From Myxococcota bacterium (GTDB taxonomy: Bacteria; Myxococcota; XYA12-FULL-58-9; JALHOP01), in the NCBI GenBank assembly GCA_041288095.1, contig JBGGMJ010000079.1, forward strand, positions 1 through 64,000: a DNA stretch of 64,000 nt, written 5' to 3'. Shown piece after piece: positions 46,881 to 56,666 of the stretch. The stretch's first letter is position 1; every line of letters begins with the position of its first letter. Both the position numbers and the translations under genes were made by a program. Under the pieces are notes generated by a model that was given only the letters and a program-made list of their open reading frames with translations, searched no databases and was not told where the DNA came from.

Positions 46881-47361
46881 TCGGCTCGCTGTCGGCGCGC
46901 CGCGCGGCACCGTAGCGGCGTTTGGCGATGATCGTTCCGAAATATGCAAGCGGGTAGCCGAAGACAATCGAGCCCAACGCCGCTACGCCGATGCCGAGGC
47001 CGAAGGGGCCAATCATCTGCCGCAGCATGCTGAGCCATTGTGTTCCGCTATAGCGGCTGACCACGTCCCAGCTCGGTACCGGTTCGCCGACCAGAGTCAG
47101 GCCGACCCATAGCTCGGCGAAGAAGATGAAAGGGCCGGTGAGCGGGTTCATGACGGCGCTGCCGAGGTAGGCCGCGACGATGTTGGCACGGAGCAGAGCC
47201 GCGAAGCCGATGCCCAGCGCCAGACCCACGAAAGGCACCGGCAGCATCGACAACGCGAGGCCGAGCGTGAACCCTAGCGCGATCTGATGTGGCGAGCTGG
47301 TCTCGTGCAACACTTTGCGCGCGCGCTCGAGGACGCGTCGCCAGAATTTTCGCACCGGCAT
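46867..47361 (-). CDS. DUF2062 family membrane protein
   Basis: ATG 47361; SPHQIALGFTLG..LSMLP, RAN, NPLT..F. Confidence 0.85.
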   Translation of the reverse strand: MPVRKFWRRVLERARKVLHETSSPHQIALGFTLGLALSMLPVPFVGLALGIGFAALLRANIVAAYLGSAVMNPLTGPFIFFAELWVGLTLVGEPVPSWDVVSRYSGTQWLSMLRQMIGPFGLGIGVAALGSIVFGYPLAYFGTIIAKRRYGAARRADSEPISPG

Positions 47362-47446
47362 CTGTCGCTTACCGGTGAAGCTCTTGCGCGATCCTGTCAA
47401 GGCGTAGCTTGACACCATGGATCGTGGGCCATAACACCGGCTCGCC

Positions 47447-48166
47447 ATGATCAAGACGGTTGGACTCACCAAGACTTACGGTGACTTGGACGCCATTCGC
47501 GACGTCAGCTTCGAAGTCGAGAAGGGCAAGATCGTCGGCTTCCTCGGCCCCAACGGCGCCGGCAAGTCGACGACCATGAAGATCCTCACCGGGTTCTTGC
47601 CCGCGACGCGTGGCACGGCCACCGTTGCCGGCTTCGACGTCTTCGACGATCCGATGGAGGTGAAGCGCCGCGTCGGCTATCTCCCCGAGACGCCGCCGGT
47701 CTATCCCGACCTCACCGTGCACGAGTACCTGCGCTTCGTCGGCAAGCTCAAAGGCCTGCGTGGCGACAAGCTCAAGAGCGACATCGAGCGCGTCGTCAAC
47801 AAGCTGGCGCTCGCGGATGTGGTCGATCGCCTCATCCGCAACATCTCGAAGGGCTACCAACAGCGCACCGGCTTCGCGCAGGCGCTGCTCGGCAACCCCG
47901 ATGTGCTCATCCTCGACGAGCCGACCGTCGGCATGGACCCTCGGCAGATCGGCGAGGTGCGCGGCATCATCAAAGAGCTCGCTGGAGATCACACGGTGCT
48001 CCTGTCGACGCATATCCTTTCCGAGGTGGTCGCCACCTGCGAGCGCGTCGTCATCATCAACAAGGGCAAGATCATCGCCGACGATTCGTTGGACGCTTTG
48101 GCGAACAAGCACGGCGGTGGCCGCGATCAGCTCGAGAAGATCTTCCTGAACCTGACCGAGGCCTGA
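47447..48166 (+). CDS. ABC transporter ATP-binding protein (GldA-like)
   Basis: GPNGAGKST, GYLPE, ISKGYQQR signature, ILDEPT, LSTHIL. TTGACA at 47409 upstream. Confidence 0.93.
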   Translation: MIKTVGLTKTYGDLDAIRDVSFEVEKGKIVGFLGPNGAGKSTTMKILTGFLPATRGTATVAGFDVFDDPMEVKRRVGYLPETPPVYPDLTVHEYLRFVGKLKGLRGDKLKSDIERVVNKLALADVVDRLIRNISKGYQQRTGFAQALLGNPDVLILDEPTVGMDPRQIGEVRGIIKELAGDHTVLLSTHILSEVVATCERVVIINKGKIIADDSLDALANKHGGGRDQLEKIFLNLTEA

Positions 48167-48167
48167 C

Positions 48168-48956
48168 ATGCGCAATACTCTCGCGATCGCCGGCAAGGAG
48201 ATCCGCATCTACTTCACGACAGCGACCAGCTACGTCGTGCTCGGCTCGTTCGCGCTCATCATCGCCTTCTTCTTCCAGGCGCTGATCGGTGATTTCCAAC
48301 GCACCATCGCGCAGACGCTGCAGATGGACGCGTCGTGGCTCGAGCAACTCAATCTCACCGACTACGTCATGTATCCGCTGATCATGAACATCGGCGTCAT
48401 TCTGATCTTCTTCACGCCGATCATCACCATGCGCCTCTTGGCCGACGAGAAACGCGGCAAGACTCTCGAGCTCTTGATGACCGCGCCGGTGCGGCCGGTC
48501 GAGATCGTCCTCGGCAAGTATCTCGGCGGCCTCGCCATGATGCTGGCGATGCTTGGCGTGACCTTGTTGTTCCCGCTCGTGGTCCAGCTGCTCGGCGCTT
48601 CGGAGACCGGCAGCCCGCTCGACTGGCGCTCGGTTGGTGTCGGCTATTTCGGAGCAGCGCTCTTGGGCGCGGCGTTCGTCGCCATCGGCTTGTTCACGAG
48701 CTCGCTCACGGACAATCCCGTGATTGCGGCGCTGCTCGGGTTTCTCATCCTGCTGATGTTCTACATCGCCGGCAGTGGCGCGGCGGGTAGCGAGAGCATC
48801 TGGAAGTCGTTGCTCGAGTTCTTGTCTCTCTCCTCGAACCTGACGAGCTTCGCGCGCGGCGTCCTGCGCACGCCTTCGCTCGTCTACTACCTGTCGATCT
48901 CCGTCTTCGCGTTGTTCCTCACTTATCGGGTCGTCGAAGCCCAGCGCTGGCGCTGA
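48168..48956 (+). CDS. ABC-2 type permease (GldF-like)
   Basis: KEIRIYF, TMRLLADEKRGKTLELLMTAP, IVLGKY, IGLFTSSLTDN. Confidence 0.9.
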   Translation: MRNTLAIAGKEIRIYFTTATSYVVLGSFALIIAFFFQALIGDFQRTIAQTLQMDASWLEQLNLTDYVMYPLIMNIGVILIFFTPIITMRLLADEKRGKTLELLMTAPVRPVEIVLGKYLGGLAMMLAMLGVTLLFPLVVQLLGASETGSPLDWRSVGVGYFGAALLGAAFVAIGLFTSSLTDNPVIAALLGFLILLMFYIAGSGAAGSESIWKSLLEFLSLSSNLTSFARGVLRTPSLVYYLSISVFALFLTYRVVEAQRWR

Positions 48957-48968
48957 TTGGAGCCCATC

Positions 48969-50624
48969 ATGTCCACGGCGGAAACCACCCAACAGTCCCT
49001 TCAGCCGCGTCGCCGCGACGTGCCCGGGTCCGCCATCGCGGGCAGACTCGCCGGCGCCATCGGTCTCGTGCTCCTCGTCACCTGTCCACTCACCTATCTG
49101 CTCGCCGGCCAGCTTACCGGCTTGTTCTGGATGAAGCTCGTGCTCGGATTGGCCGCGACCGTGACCTACCTGGTCACCAACGGCGACTTCTTCGCGCGCT
49201 TCGGCGGGGCGCGTGGCTCGTCGACGCTGGCATTGACCTCGGTGTCGGTGGTGGTCGTTCTCGCCATCTTGGCGGCCGTCAACTACATGGTCGCCAAGCA
49301 CCCCAAGGAGATCGATCTCACGCGCGAGGGTGTCTTCACGCTCTCCGAACAAACCACCGGCGTGCTCCAGCGCCTGTCGCAGCCGGTGAAGATCTACGCC
49401 TTCTTCACGACGAACGAGCGTGAATACGGCTCGGTCGACGACACACTGCGCCGCTACGCCGGTGTGACCGACAAGCTCACCTACGAGATGGTGGACGTCG
49501 CGAATCGGCCCGACTTGGTCGAGCGCTACAGCCTGCAGCAGAACGGCCCGCGCATCGTCGTGATCGCCGGCGAGAACGACGCGCGCGTCAAGGACATCAG
49601 CGAGGAGGCGCTCACCAACGCCGTCGCCAAGGTCACGCAGAGCGGCGCCAAGGCCGTCTACTTCCTCACCGGTCACGGCGAGCGCGATCTCGACGACGAC
49701 CGCGATGCCAAGGGCATGAAGATGACCGCCGACGCCGTGCGTGGCGAAGGCTTCGAGGTGAAGACCCTCGACTTCACCAAGGGTGCGGCGGCCGCGCCCG
49801 GTACCGCGGTCGATCTCAAGGCCACCGACAAGAAGCCGACACTGTCGGTGCCGGCGGACGCGGCGGTGCTCGTGGTCGCCGGCCCGCGCTTGAGTCTGCT
49901 GGAGCCGGAGGTCGCCGCTTTGTCCGCCTATCTCGATCGCGGCGGCCGTGTCGTGCTGCTCCTCGACCCCGACAATGACGGCGGTCTCGGCGGCTTGCTC
50001 GCGCAGTACAAGATTACGCTGCACAACGACCTGGTCGTCGATACCAGTCCGGTGAATCAGCTCCTCGGGTACGGCGCCGCCGGCGCCATCCTGAAGCCGC
50101 TGGGTGATCACCCGACGATCGTCGACATGGCCGCGCCCGCGATGATGTTCATGGGCCGCTCGCTCGAGATTGCCGACGGTGGCGAGTCGGGGGTCAACGC
50201 GATCGCCTTGCTCGGCACCGGCGATGCCGCATGGGGCGAGACCGACTACAAGAGCGGCCGCGCCGAGCGCGACGACAAGGACACGGCGGGCCCCGTGTCC
50301 ATGGCCGCCATCGCGGTCAAGCCGACCAACCACATCGATGCCAAGGCTACCCCCGAAGCGCGCCTCTTCGTGGCCGGCGACTCCGATTGGGTCGACAACC
50401 AGCTACGTAGCGTCCAAGGCAACCCCGACCTCTTCTTGAACGTCCTCGCGTGGCTCGCCGAGGAAGAGAACAAGATCACGATCCGCCCGAAGACGCGCGC
50501 CGCCAGTCAGCTCCTACTCACCGGTGATCAGATGAACACGCTGGTTTTCGCGTCGATGGACGTGTTGCCGGTCCTGCTGATCGCCTTGGGCTCGGCCATC
50601 GTTTTGCTGCGCCGTCAGCGCTAG
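48969..50624 (+). CDS. GldG-like ABC auxiliary membrane protein
   Basis: 3 N-terminal TMs; DLTREGVFTLSEQT; YFLTGHGE; LVVAGP; YLDRGG; GDSDW; N.DLFLN...WL; C-terminal TM followed by RRQR. Confidence 0.88.
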   Translation: MSTAETTQQSLQPRRRDVPGSAIAGRLAGAIGLVLLVTCPLTYLLAGQLTGLFWMKLVLGLAATVTYLVTNGDFFARFGGARGSSTLALTSVSVVVVLAILAAVNYMVAKHPKEIDLTREGVFTLSEQTTGVLQRLSQPVKIYAFFTTNEREYGSVDDTLRRYAGVTDKLTYEMVDVANRPDLVERYSLQQNGPRIVVIAGENDARVKDISEEALTNAVAKVTQSGAKAVYFLTGHGERDLDDDRDAKGMKMTADAVRGEGFEVKTLDFTKGAAAAPGTAVDLKATDKKPTLSVPADAAVLVVAGPRLSLLEPEVAALSAYLDRGGRVVLLLDPDNDGGLGGLLAQYKITLHNDLVVDTSPVNQLLGYGAAGAILKPLGDHPTIVDMAAPAMMFMGRSLEIADGGESGVNAIALLGTGDAAWGETDYKSGRAERDDKDTAGPVSMAAIAVKPTNHIDAKATPEARLFVAGDSDWVDNQLRSVQGNPDLFLNVLAWLAEEENKITIRPKTRAASQLLLTGDQMNTLVFASMDVLPVLLIALGSAIVLLRRQR

Positions 50625-50634
50625 AGGTTCACAC

Positions 50635-52074
50635 ATGATGCGCCGACGCCTGCTCGGAATGTTGGTATTGCTCGCTTGCGGCGCTCTCGCGGTCGCCGGC
50701 GTGTGGTGGATGGAACGGTACGATGTCGCCGCCGAGGATGAGCGCCTCGCCGCCGCCAAGTTGATCGCCTTCCGCGCTGCTTCCGTGCGCGACGTGACTC
50801 TCGAGAACGGGCACGGGCGGTTCGTGATGACGCGCGAGGGTAGTGGCTGGAAGCTAACCGAGCCGATGACGGCGCCCGCCGACGCCAGCATCGTCGACGG
50901 TCTTGTGGCCGCTGTAGCGGACGTGAGCAGCACGCGGAGCGTCGAGATCGACGGCAAGCCGCCGGTGGCGAGTGAGCTCGGCATGTTTGGCCTCGACCAT
51001 CCGAAGGTCGCGGTGACCGTGGCTGGCGACGACGGTACCAAGACGCTCGAGCTCGGAAAGCGAAACGACTTCAACGGTGAGGTCTACGCCCGGGTGCGCG
51101 GTACCGACGCCGTCGCCATGGTGGGCGCCGGTATCGAGTTCCAGGTCGGCAAATCGCTCTTCGATCTGCGTGACAAGCGCCTCTTGGTGTTCGAGCCGGC
51201 CGATGTCGAGCGCATGGACGTCTTGCGCGGTGACCGCCGCCTTTATGCCATCGTCCGCGAAAACGGTTCACAGCGTCTGCTCTTGGACGGTGGCCGCAGC
51301 GTCGGCGCCGACGCCTTGCAGCTCTCGGGCTTGACGACGGCGCTCTCGACCTTGCGGGCGACGCGGTTCATCGCCGAGGTCGCCGACGAGGCGGCTCGCA
51401 AGGCCGCTGGGTTCGCCGCGAACGACGTCATTCGCGTGCGTCTCACCCTGAGCGGCAACCGCTCGCAGGTCTTGGCCTTGGCGCACGTCGCCGAGCCCGA
51501 CGGGTTGGAGCGCTGGGCGGCGATGCGGGAGGGCGAACCGTCGCCGCTCGCGGAGATCAGCGGCGACTGGCTGGCGCGCAAGCTCGACGTCGATCCCAAG
51601 TCGTTGCGCGATCTGCGCGTCGTCGACTTCGCCCGCGAGGACGTGCGCGGCATCGTGATCACCCGTGGTGGTGAAAGCGTGAAGCTCGAGGCCGGCGAAG
51701 GTGGCTCGTGGCAGCTGACAGCCGCATCCCCGGTGCCCGAAGGGGTCGCTCTGCCGCGGGAAGCCGACGCCAGCCGCTGCTCGGGGCTCTTGTATCGGCT
51801 CTTCGGCCTGCGAGCCGAGCAGGTCCTGGTCGAGGCCGCGGGCGACCCCGAGCTGCAGGCCGCTGGTCTCGCCGCGCCGGTCCTCACGGTGCGCCTCGAG
51901 CGCGCCGATGGGAATGAGCTTGCGACCCTGCTCGTTGCAACGGACAGCCAGGGCCGCGCCACGGCGACGCAAGTCGGTCGCGGGCGCATCGACCTCATCG
52001 GAGCCGGCGACGCGAGCGATATCTCCGCGAAGGCGGCTGACTACTTGCCTGCCGAGGCGCAAGCGACCAAGTAA
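50635..52074 (+). CDS. DUF4340 domain protein
   Basis: N-terminal TM; repeated W.LTEP...AD, FGLDHP, LELG, LRDKR/LRDLR units; typical position after gldG-like genes. Confidence 0.8.
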   Translation: MMRRRLLGMLVLLACGALAVAGVWWMERYDVAAEDERLAAAKLIAFRAASVRDVTLENGHGRFVMTREGSGWKLTEPMTAPADASIVDGLVAAVADVSSTRSVEIDGKPPVASELGMFGLDHPKVAVTVAGDDGTKTLELGKRNDFNGEVYARVRGTDAVAMVGAGIEFQVGKSLFDLRDKRLLVFEPADVERMDVLRGDRRLYAIVRENGSQRLLLDGGRSVGADALQLSGLTTALSTLRATRFIAEVADEAARKAAGFAANDVIRVRLTLSGNRSQVLALAHVAEPDGLERWAAMREGEPSPLAEISGDWLARKLDVDPKSLRDLRVVDFAREDVRGIVITRGGESVKLEAGEGGSWQLTAASPVPEGVALPREADASRCSGLLYRLFGLRAEQVLVEAAGDPELQAAGLAAPVLTVRLERADGNELATLLVATDSQGRATATQVGRGRIDLIGAGDASDISAKAADYLPAEAQATK

Positions 52075-52093
52075 ATCGTAGAGGGAGGCTTTC

Positions 52094-53350
52094 GTGGACG
52101 CTCTTCGTATTCGTGGTGGCGCGCCGCTCTCCGGCACGATCAAGGTCTCGGGCTCGAAGAACGCGGCGCTACCGGCGCTCGCGGCCAGCTTGTTGTCCGA
52201 AGGCACGCACGAGCTAACGCGGGTGCCCGACCTTGCCGACGTGAAGACTCTCCTCGGCCTCCTGGATTCGATGGGCGCGAGCTCGACGCGCGACCAAGAC
52301 GTCGTGCGCATCGACGCCACGAAGGTCGACAAGCTCGAAGCACCTTACGACCTGGTGCGCACCATGCGTGCCTCGATTCTCGTCTTGGGACCGTTGGTCG
52401 CGCGCTTCGGCCGGGCCAAGGTGTCACTGCCCGGCGGCTGTGCCATCGGCGCGCGGCCCATCGATCAGCACTTGAAGGGCCTCGAGCGCTTGGGTGCGCG
52501 TATCACTCTCGAGCACGGGTACGTTTTAGCGGAGTGCGACCGCCTGCGCGGCGCCGAGGTCCTCTTCGACATGCCGACGGTGACTGGCACGGAGAATCTC
52601 ATGCTCGCCGCGACACTCGCGGACGGGACGACCGTGCTGCGCAACGCCGCGCGCGAGCCCGAGATCACCGACCTCGCCGAATTGCTCGGCACCATGGGGG
52701 CGCGCATCGAAGGAGCGGGCAGCGACACCATCACCATCAAGGGCGTGAGCAAGCTCAAGCCTTACAAACATCGTGTCGTCGCCGACCGTATCGAGTTCGG
52801 CACTTTCCTCGTGGCGGGCGCGATGGCTGGCGAAGGCTTCGTGGTCGAGGACGGCGTGCCCGAGCACCAGACCGCTCTAGTGGACAAGTTACGCGACATT
52901 GGCGCGCGCCTCGAGGTCGAGGGTTCACGGGTCGTCGTCCACCGTGCGGGCAAGGCGAAGGCGATCGACGTGGTGACCGCGCCGTATCCCGGCTTCCCGA
53001 CCGATATGCAGGCGCAGCTCATGGCGCTCTTGTCGGTGTCCGACGGCGCATCGGTGATCACCGAGACCATCTTCGAGAATCGCTTCATGCATGTGCCCGA
53101 GCTCTCCCGCATGGGCGCCCAGGTGCGGGTCGACGGCGGCAAGGCCTTCGTGCAAGGCGTCGCCAGGCTCTCGGGCACGACCGTGATGGCGACCGATCTG
53201 CGGGCGAGCGCCTGTCTCGTGCTCGCCGGGCTGGTCGCCGAAGGTGAGACGGTGGTGCGTCGCATTTATCACCTCGACCGCGGCTATGAGCACCTCGAGA
53301 AGAAGCTGATGAGCGTCGGCGCCCGCATCGAGCGTTTCATCGAGGCATGA
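52094..53350 (+). CDS. murA: UDP-N-acetylglucosamine 1-carboxyvinyltransferase
   Basis: GTG after GGAGG; SGSKNAALP, MRASILVLGPL, LPGGCAIGARP, PYPGFPTDMQAQ, FENRF, TDLRA, HLDRGY. Confidence 0.98.
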   Translation: MDALRIRGGAPLSGTIKVSGSKNAALPALAASLLSEGTHELTRVPDLADVKTLLGLLDSMGASSTRDQDVVRIDATKVDKLEAPYDLVRTMRASILVLGPLVARFGRAKVSLPGGCAIGARPIDQHLKGLERLGARITLEHGYVLAECDRLRGAEVLFDMPTVTGTENLMLAATLADGTTVLRNAAREPEITDLAELLGTMGARIEGAGSDTITIKGVSKLKPYKHRVVADRIEFGTFLVAGAMAGEGFVVEDGVPEHQTALVDKLRDIGARLEVEGSRVVVHRAGKAKAIDVVTAPYPGFPTDMQAQLMALLSVSDGASVITETIFENRFMHVPELSRMGAQVRVDGGKAFVQGVARLSGTTVMATDLRASACLVLAGLVAEGETVVRRIYHLDRGYEHLEKKLMSVGARIERFIEA

Positions 53351-53637
53351 GCGGGGACGCCGAGATCGACGCCATCCACGCCGAGTTTCGCGCCGGGCTC
53401 CCCGCGCGAATTGCCCGCATGCGTGGGCTCGCCGACGAAGCGCGGTCGGGGGCTCGGTCGGGCGCGGTGGATGATCTTCGGACCGCGGCGCACCGCTTGC
53501 GTGGAGCGTGCGGCTCGTTCGGCATGACCGAGCTCGAGGAGCCTTCGCGGATCATCGAGCACGCGTGCAAGGCTGGACCAGGCTGGGCGGCCGTCGACGC
53601 GGCGCTCGACACGCTCGCGAAGCTGATTGCTCGCTAG
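53347..53637 (+). CDS. Stand-alone Hpt (histidine phosphotransfer) domain protein
   Basis: AHRLRGACGSFG motif; 96 aa, helical; ATGA overlap with murA. Confidence 0.85.
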   Translation: MSGDAEIDAIHAEFRAGLPARIARMRGLADEARSGARSGAVDDLRTAAHRLRGACGSFGMTELEEPSRIIEHACKAGPGWAAVDAALDTLAKLIAR

Positions 53638-55304
53638 GAAATGTCGGTGGGCGGCGGCACCAGCGTCATCTTCGAGCGGGCGTTCTCGGGAGCTTTCCCT
53701 TCGAGCTCCGCGCGCGAACGCGAGCGGGAGCTCGAAGCGAGCAGCGCCACCAGGTTCGAGCTCTGCACCGGAACTTCGACCCTGGCCGGTGACTTGTCGT
53801 CTTCGTTCGCCGCGGCGGGCAACAACACTTGCAGGGCTTGCAGTGCGTCCCCGGCGTTGGTGTGCGCCAAGGTATCGTAGGGGTCGAGATCGTGGCGCTC
53901 GGCGATCGTCCGCTTCCGCGGTCGGTCGGGAGTCGCGGCCGGCTTCTCGCCGAACGGGCGGACCGGGCGTTCGTCGATGATGAACGGCTCGGGCTGCGCG
54001 ACGCTTGCGAACGTCAGCTGGTCGACGGAATACGACGAGCCGGTTTCGACGTGCGGCAGTGGGTCCACGGGCGTGAGCTCGTCGAGCTCAGGTCCGGCGG
54101 CGAGGCGCTGCTCGACCAGCACGGCGTCAATGACCCGGGCCAGGCTCATGTGCCCGCGGCTGGTCGCGAACGAGCGCACCTTGAGGAGCGTCACGCGGGC
54201 GCGCTCGGGTTGCTCGCGACCGTAAATCTCGGCGCGGGCGATGGCGAGCTCTGCTTGCAATAGCGGCCACTCGTCGAGCGGGCGTTGCATTAGCGCTTTC
54301 AAGCGGGCTCGGGGATTCAAGCCCAAGCGCTGATCGACGCGTGCGAGGAAGAGCTCGCATGACGCCATCTGGTATTCCGCCGCGATGTTGCTGAAGAGAT
54401 GGTGAGCGCGCGTGAGATGGCGGCGCGCCTGCGTGGGATCGCTATCGAGGAGCGCCTGGCCGAAGAGGGCGTGCACCAAGGCGCGAGTGGCCACGTCTTC
54501 GATGCCGATGGCTTCGGCGAGCAGACGGCGCAGACCACGAGCCGCGCGGGTGGGGTCGCCGAGCACCAGCAACGCTTCGGCGCGAGCCAGACGCGTGATG
54601 ATCCGGTCCGTCGCGTTGCCGCTGACACCTAGCACGCCCTCGGCTTGGATGAGCTCGCGGGCGGCATCGTCTTCACGGCCTCGGCACGCTTGAATGCGGG
54701 CGCGCTCGAGCTTGGCGTGGGCGCGGATGCGGGGCTCGCGATCACCCAGGCGCTGCAAGGTCTCGTCGATTCGGTCGAGAGCGCGCTCGAGCTGGCCCAT
54801 GCGCAGCTTCAAGCGAGCGCGCGAAGCGCCGACGCGCGCGGTTTTGCCGGCATCGCCGAGCAAGCTGAAGAGTCGGTCGGCGGCGAGGAAGTGCGTGTCC
54901 GCTTCGACGAAGGCGCCGGCGAGCACGTGCATGTCGCCGAGACGGTGGTGGGTGAGAGCGGCCTCGTGGTTCAGGCCGACGAGCTTGTGATTCTCGAGAG
55001 CCTTCTCGAGCTCGTTGCGCCAGTCGCCGCCACCGTACATGGCGCACTGGGCGAGCTGGTCGACGATGCGGGCACGCCAGGGCTCGGGAGCCGAATGGGC
55101 GTGGCCGTGCAAGATGGAGCGCGCTTCACGGAAGCGGCCGACATCGATGAGGCTCTTGGCGCGGAGCGAGGCCTGCCGGGGATCGTTCGGATCACGGAGG
55201 ATGCCGGACGCCAGCAAGACTTCGGGATCGATCCCGAAGTTGATATCGTGCGCGTCCGCGTTAGCGGGCGAGCTGCCGGGCTGAATGGATATGGAGCGGC
55301 TCAA
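53634..55304 (-). CDS. Tetratricopeptide-repeat-like protein with a disordered C-terminus
   Basis: Tandem ~40-aa helical repeats (e.g. LGDMHVLAGAFVEA, LRMGQLERA, LVLGDPTRA). TTG 55304 chosen because GAGG lies upstream; start uncertain. Confidence 0.75.
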   Translation of the reverse strand: MSRSISIQPGSSPANADAHDINFGIDPEVLLASGILRDPNDPRQASLRAKSLIDVGRFREARSILHGHAHSAPEPWRARIVDQLAQCAMYGGGDWRNELEKALENHKLVGLNHEAALTHHRLGDMHVLAGAFVEADTHFLAADRLFSLLGDAGKTARVGASRARLKLRMGQLERALDRIDETLQRLGDREPRIRAHAKLERARIQACRGREDDAARELIQAEGVLGVSGNATDRIITRLARAEALLVLGDPTRAARGLRRLLAEAIGIEDVATRALVHALFGQALLDSDPTQARRHLTRAHHLFSNIAAEYQMASCELFLARVDQRLGLNPRARLKALMQRPLDEWPLLQAELAIARAEIYGREQPERARVTLLKVRSFATSRGHMSLARVIDAVLVEQRLAAGPELDELTPVDPLPHVETGSSYSVDQLTFASVAQPEPFIIDERPVRPFGEKPAATPDRPRKRTIAERHDLDPYDTLAHTNAGDALQALQVLLPAAANEDDKSPARVEVPVQSSNLVALLASSSRSRSRAELEGKAPENARSKMTLVPPPTDIS

Positions 55305-55607
55305 GAAAGACCTCGCGGGCGAAAGACTGCTTCGTTCGCGACATGGTGGTGGCCTTCGAGCCATACCCGGGGCACCGGATACAGCTCTCCCGATCCGCGC
55401 CCGTGGATAGAGCGCGAGCCAAGTCGAATGCGAATTTCGATGTGGATGACTTCAGACCGGTCCGCATGCGCTGCCGGGGCACCGGCAACCGACGCTTGCA
55501 ATCCAAAGCCGGAAAGGGATGTACAGATATCGGCGGCGCCTCGATCGGGTTTCTGCAAAATAGTTTGGGCGCGTTCGCGGCGAACGTTTGTCGGTTGGGA
55601 GACTCCG

Positions 55608-56612
55608 ATGCAGCGAGTGGCGGTATTAGGCGGCGGCAGCTTCGGAACGGCCTTGGCGGAGCTCATGGCCCGCCAGGGGATGGACGTCTGCCTGTGGATG
55701 CGCAACGCCGAGCGCTGCGCCACCATGCGCCAGACTCGTAGAAATCCCGACTACTTGCAGGACTTCGAGCTCAGTACCCGGCTCACCGCCACAGCGGACC
55801 GGGATGAAGCGCTGGCAGGCGCCGATTTGATCGTCCTCTCTACCCCGAGCCAGGTGGCCCGACAGGTCTTGGGCGACTTCAAGAGCAAGCTTCCGCGAGT
55901 GCCTCTCATTCTCGCTGCCAAGGGCATCGAGAACGACACCTTGATGACTCTCGAGGAAGTGGTCGTCGACGTCCTGGGGCAGTCCTGGCAGAACCACACC
56001 CTGACGCTGTCTGGACCGAGCTTCGCGCGCGAGATCATGATGTCGATGCCGACCGCGGTGGTCCTGGCCTGTCGCGACCTCGCGCTGGCGGACGCGGTGT
56101 CAGCACGCATCTCGGGCGGCTACTTCCGCGCCTACACCACGACCGATGTCGTCGGCGTCGAGCTCGGTGGAGCGCTCAAGAACGTCATGGCGATCGCCGC
56201 CGGCGCCGCCACCGGCATGGGCCTGGGTGACAACACCCGCGCGGCCATGATCACCCGCGGCCTCGCCGAGATCACGCGCCTCGCGGTCGCCAAGGGAGCG
56301 CACCCGATGACGCTCGCCGGGCTCGCCGGCTTCGGCGACCTGGTGCTCACCTGCACCGGCGCGCTCTCGCGTAACCGCGCCATCGGTGAAGCGCTCGGTC
56401 GTGGCAAGACTCTCGAGGAAGCCATCGCCGAGGTGAAACAGGTCGCGGAGGGCATTCGCACCGCCCAATCGGCGCACCAGCTCGCGGCCAAGCTGGGCGT
56501 CGACGCGCCGATCACCGCGGCGGTCTACAAGGTGATCTACGAAGGCGCGAGCGCCCGCAAAGCCGTGACCGACTTGCTCACCCGTCCGCTCAAGCGAGAG
56601 CTCGAGTACTGA
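55608..56612 (+). CDS. gpsA: NAD(P)H-dependent glycerol-3-phosphate dehydrogenase
   Basis: ATG 55608 after GGGAG; GGGSFGTALA, AKGIE, LSGPSFA, GGALKNV, GDLVLTC...SRNR, VAEG. Confidence 0.97.
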   Translation: MQRVAVLGGGSFGTALAELMARQGMDVCLWMRNAERCATMRQTRRNPDYLQDFELSTRLTATADRDEALAGADLIVLSTPSQVARQVLGDFKSKLPRVPLILAAKGIENDTLMTLEEVVVDVLGQSWQNHTLTLSGPSFAREIMMSMPTAVVLACRDLALADAVSARISGGYFRAYTTTDVVGVELGGALKNVMAIAAGAATGMGLGDNTRAAMITRGLAEITRLAVAKGAHPMTLAGLAGFGDLVLTCTGALSRNRAIGEALGRGKTLEEAIAEVKQVAEGIRTAQSAHQLAAKLGVDAPITAAVYKVIYEGASARKAVTDLLTRPLKRELEY

Positions 56613-56666
56613 GCGTCGCGGCCCTCGCACCTCCCCGCCCGGCATGCTAGAGCCCTGACCCTTCGC

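Noticed and set aside
55261..55344. Possible frameshift at the start of the TPR gene (MSRTKQSF...QLAR-stop in another frame)
   Set aside because: An in-frame TTG at 55304 with upstream GAGG explains the gene without a frameshift; would need homolog alignment to revisit.
54645..55607. Apparent 320-aa N-terminal extension on gpsA
   Set aside because: It is the antisense shadow of the TPR gene; gpsA starts at ATG 55608 with a good SD.
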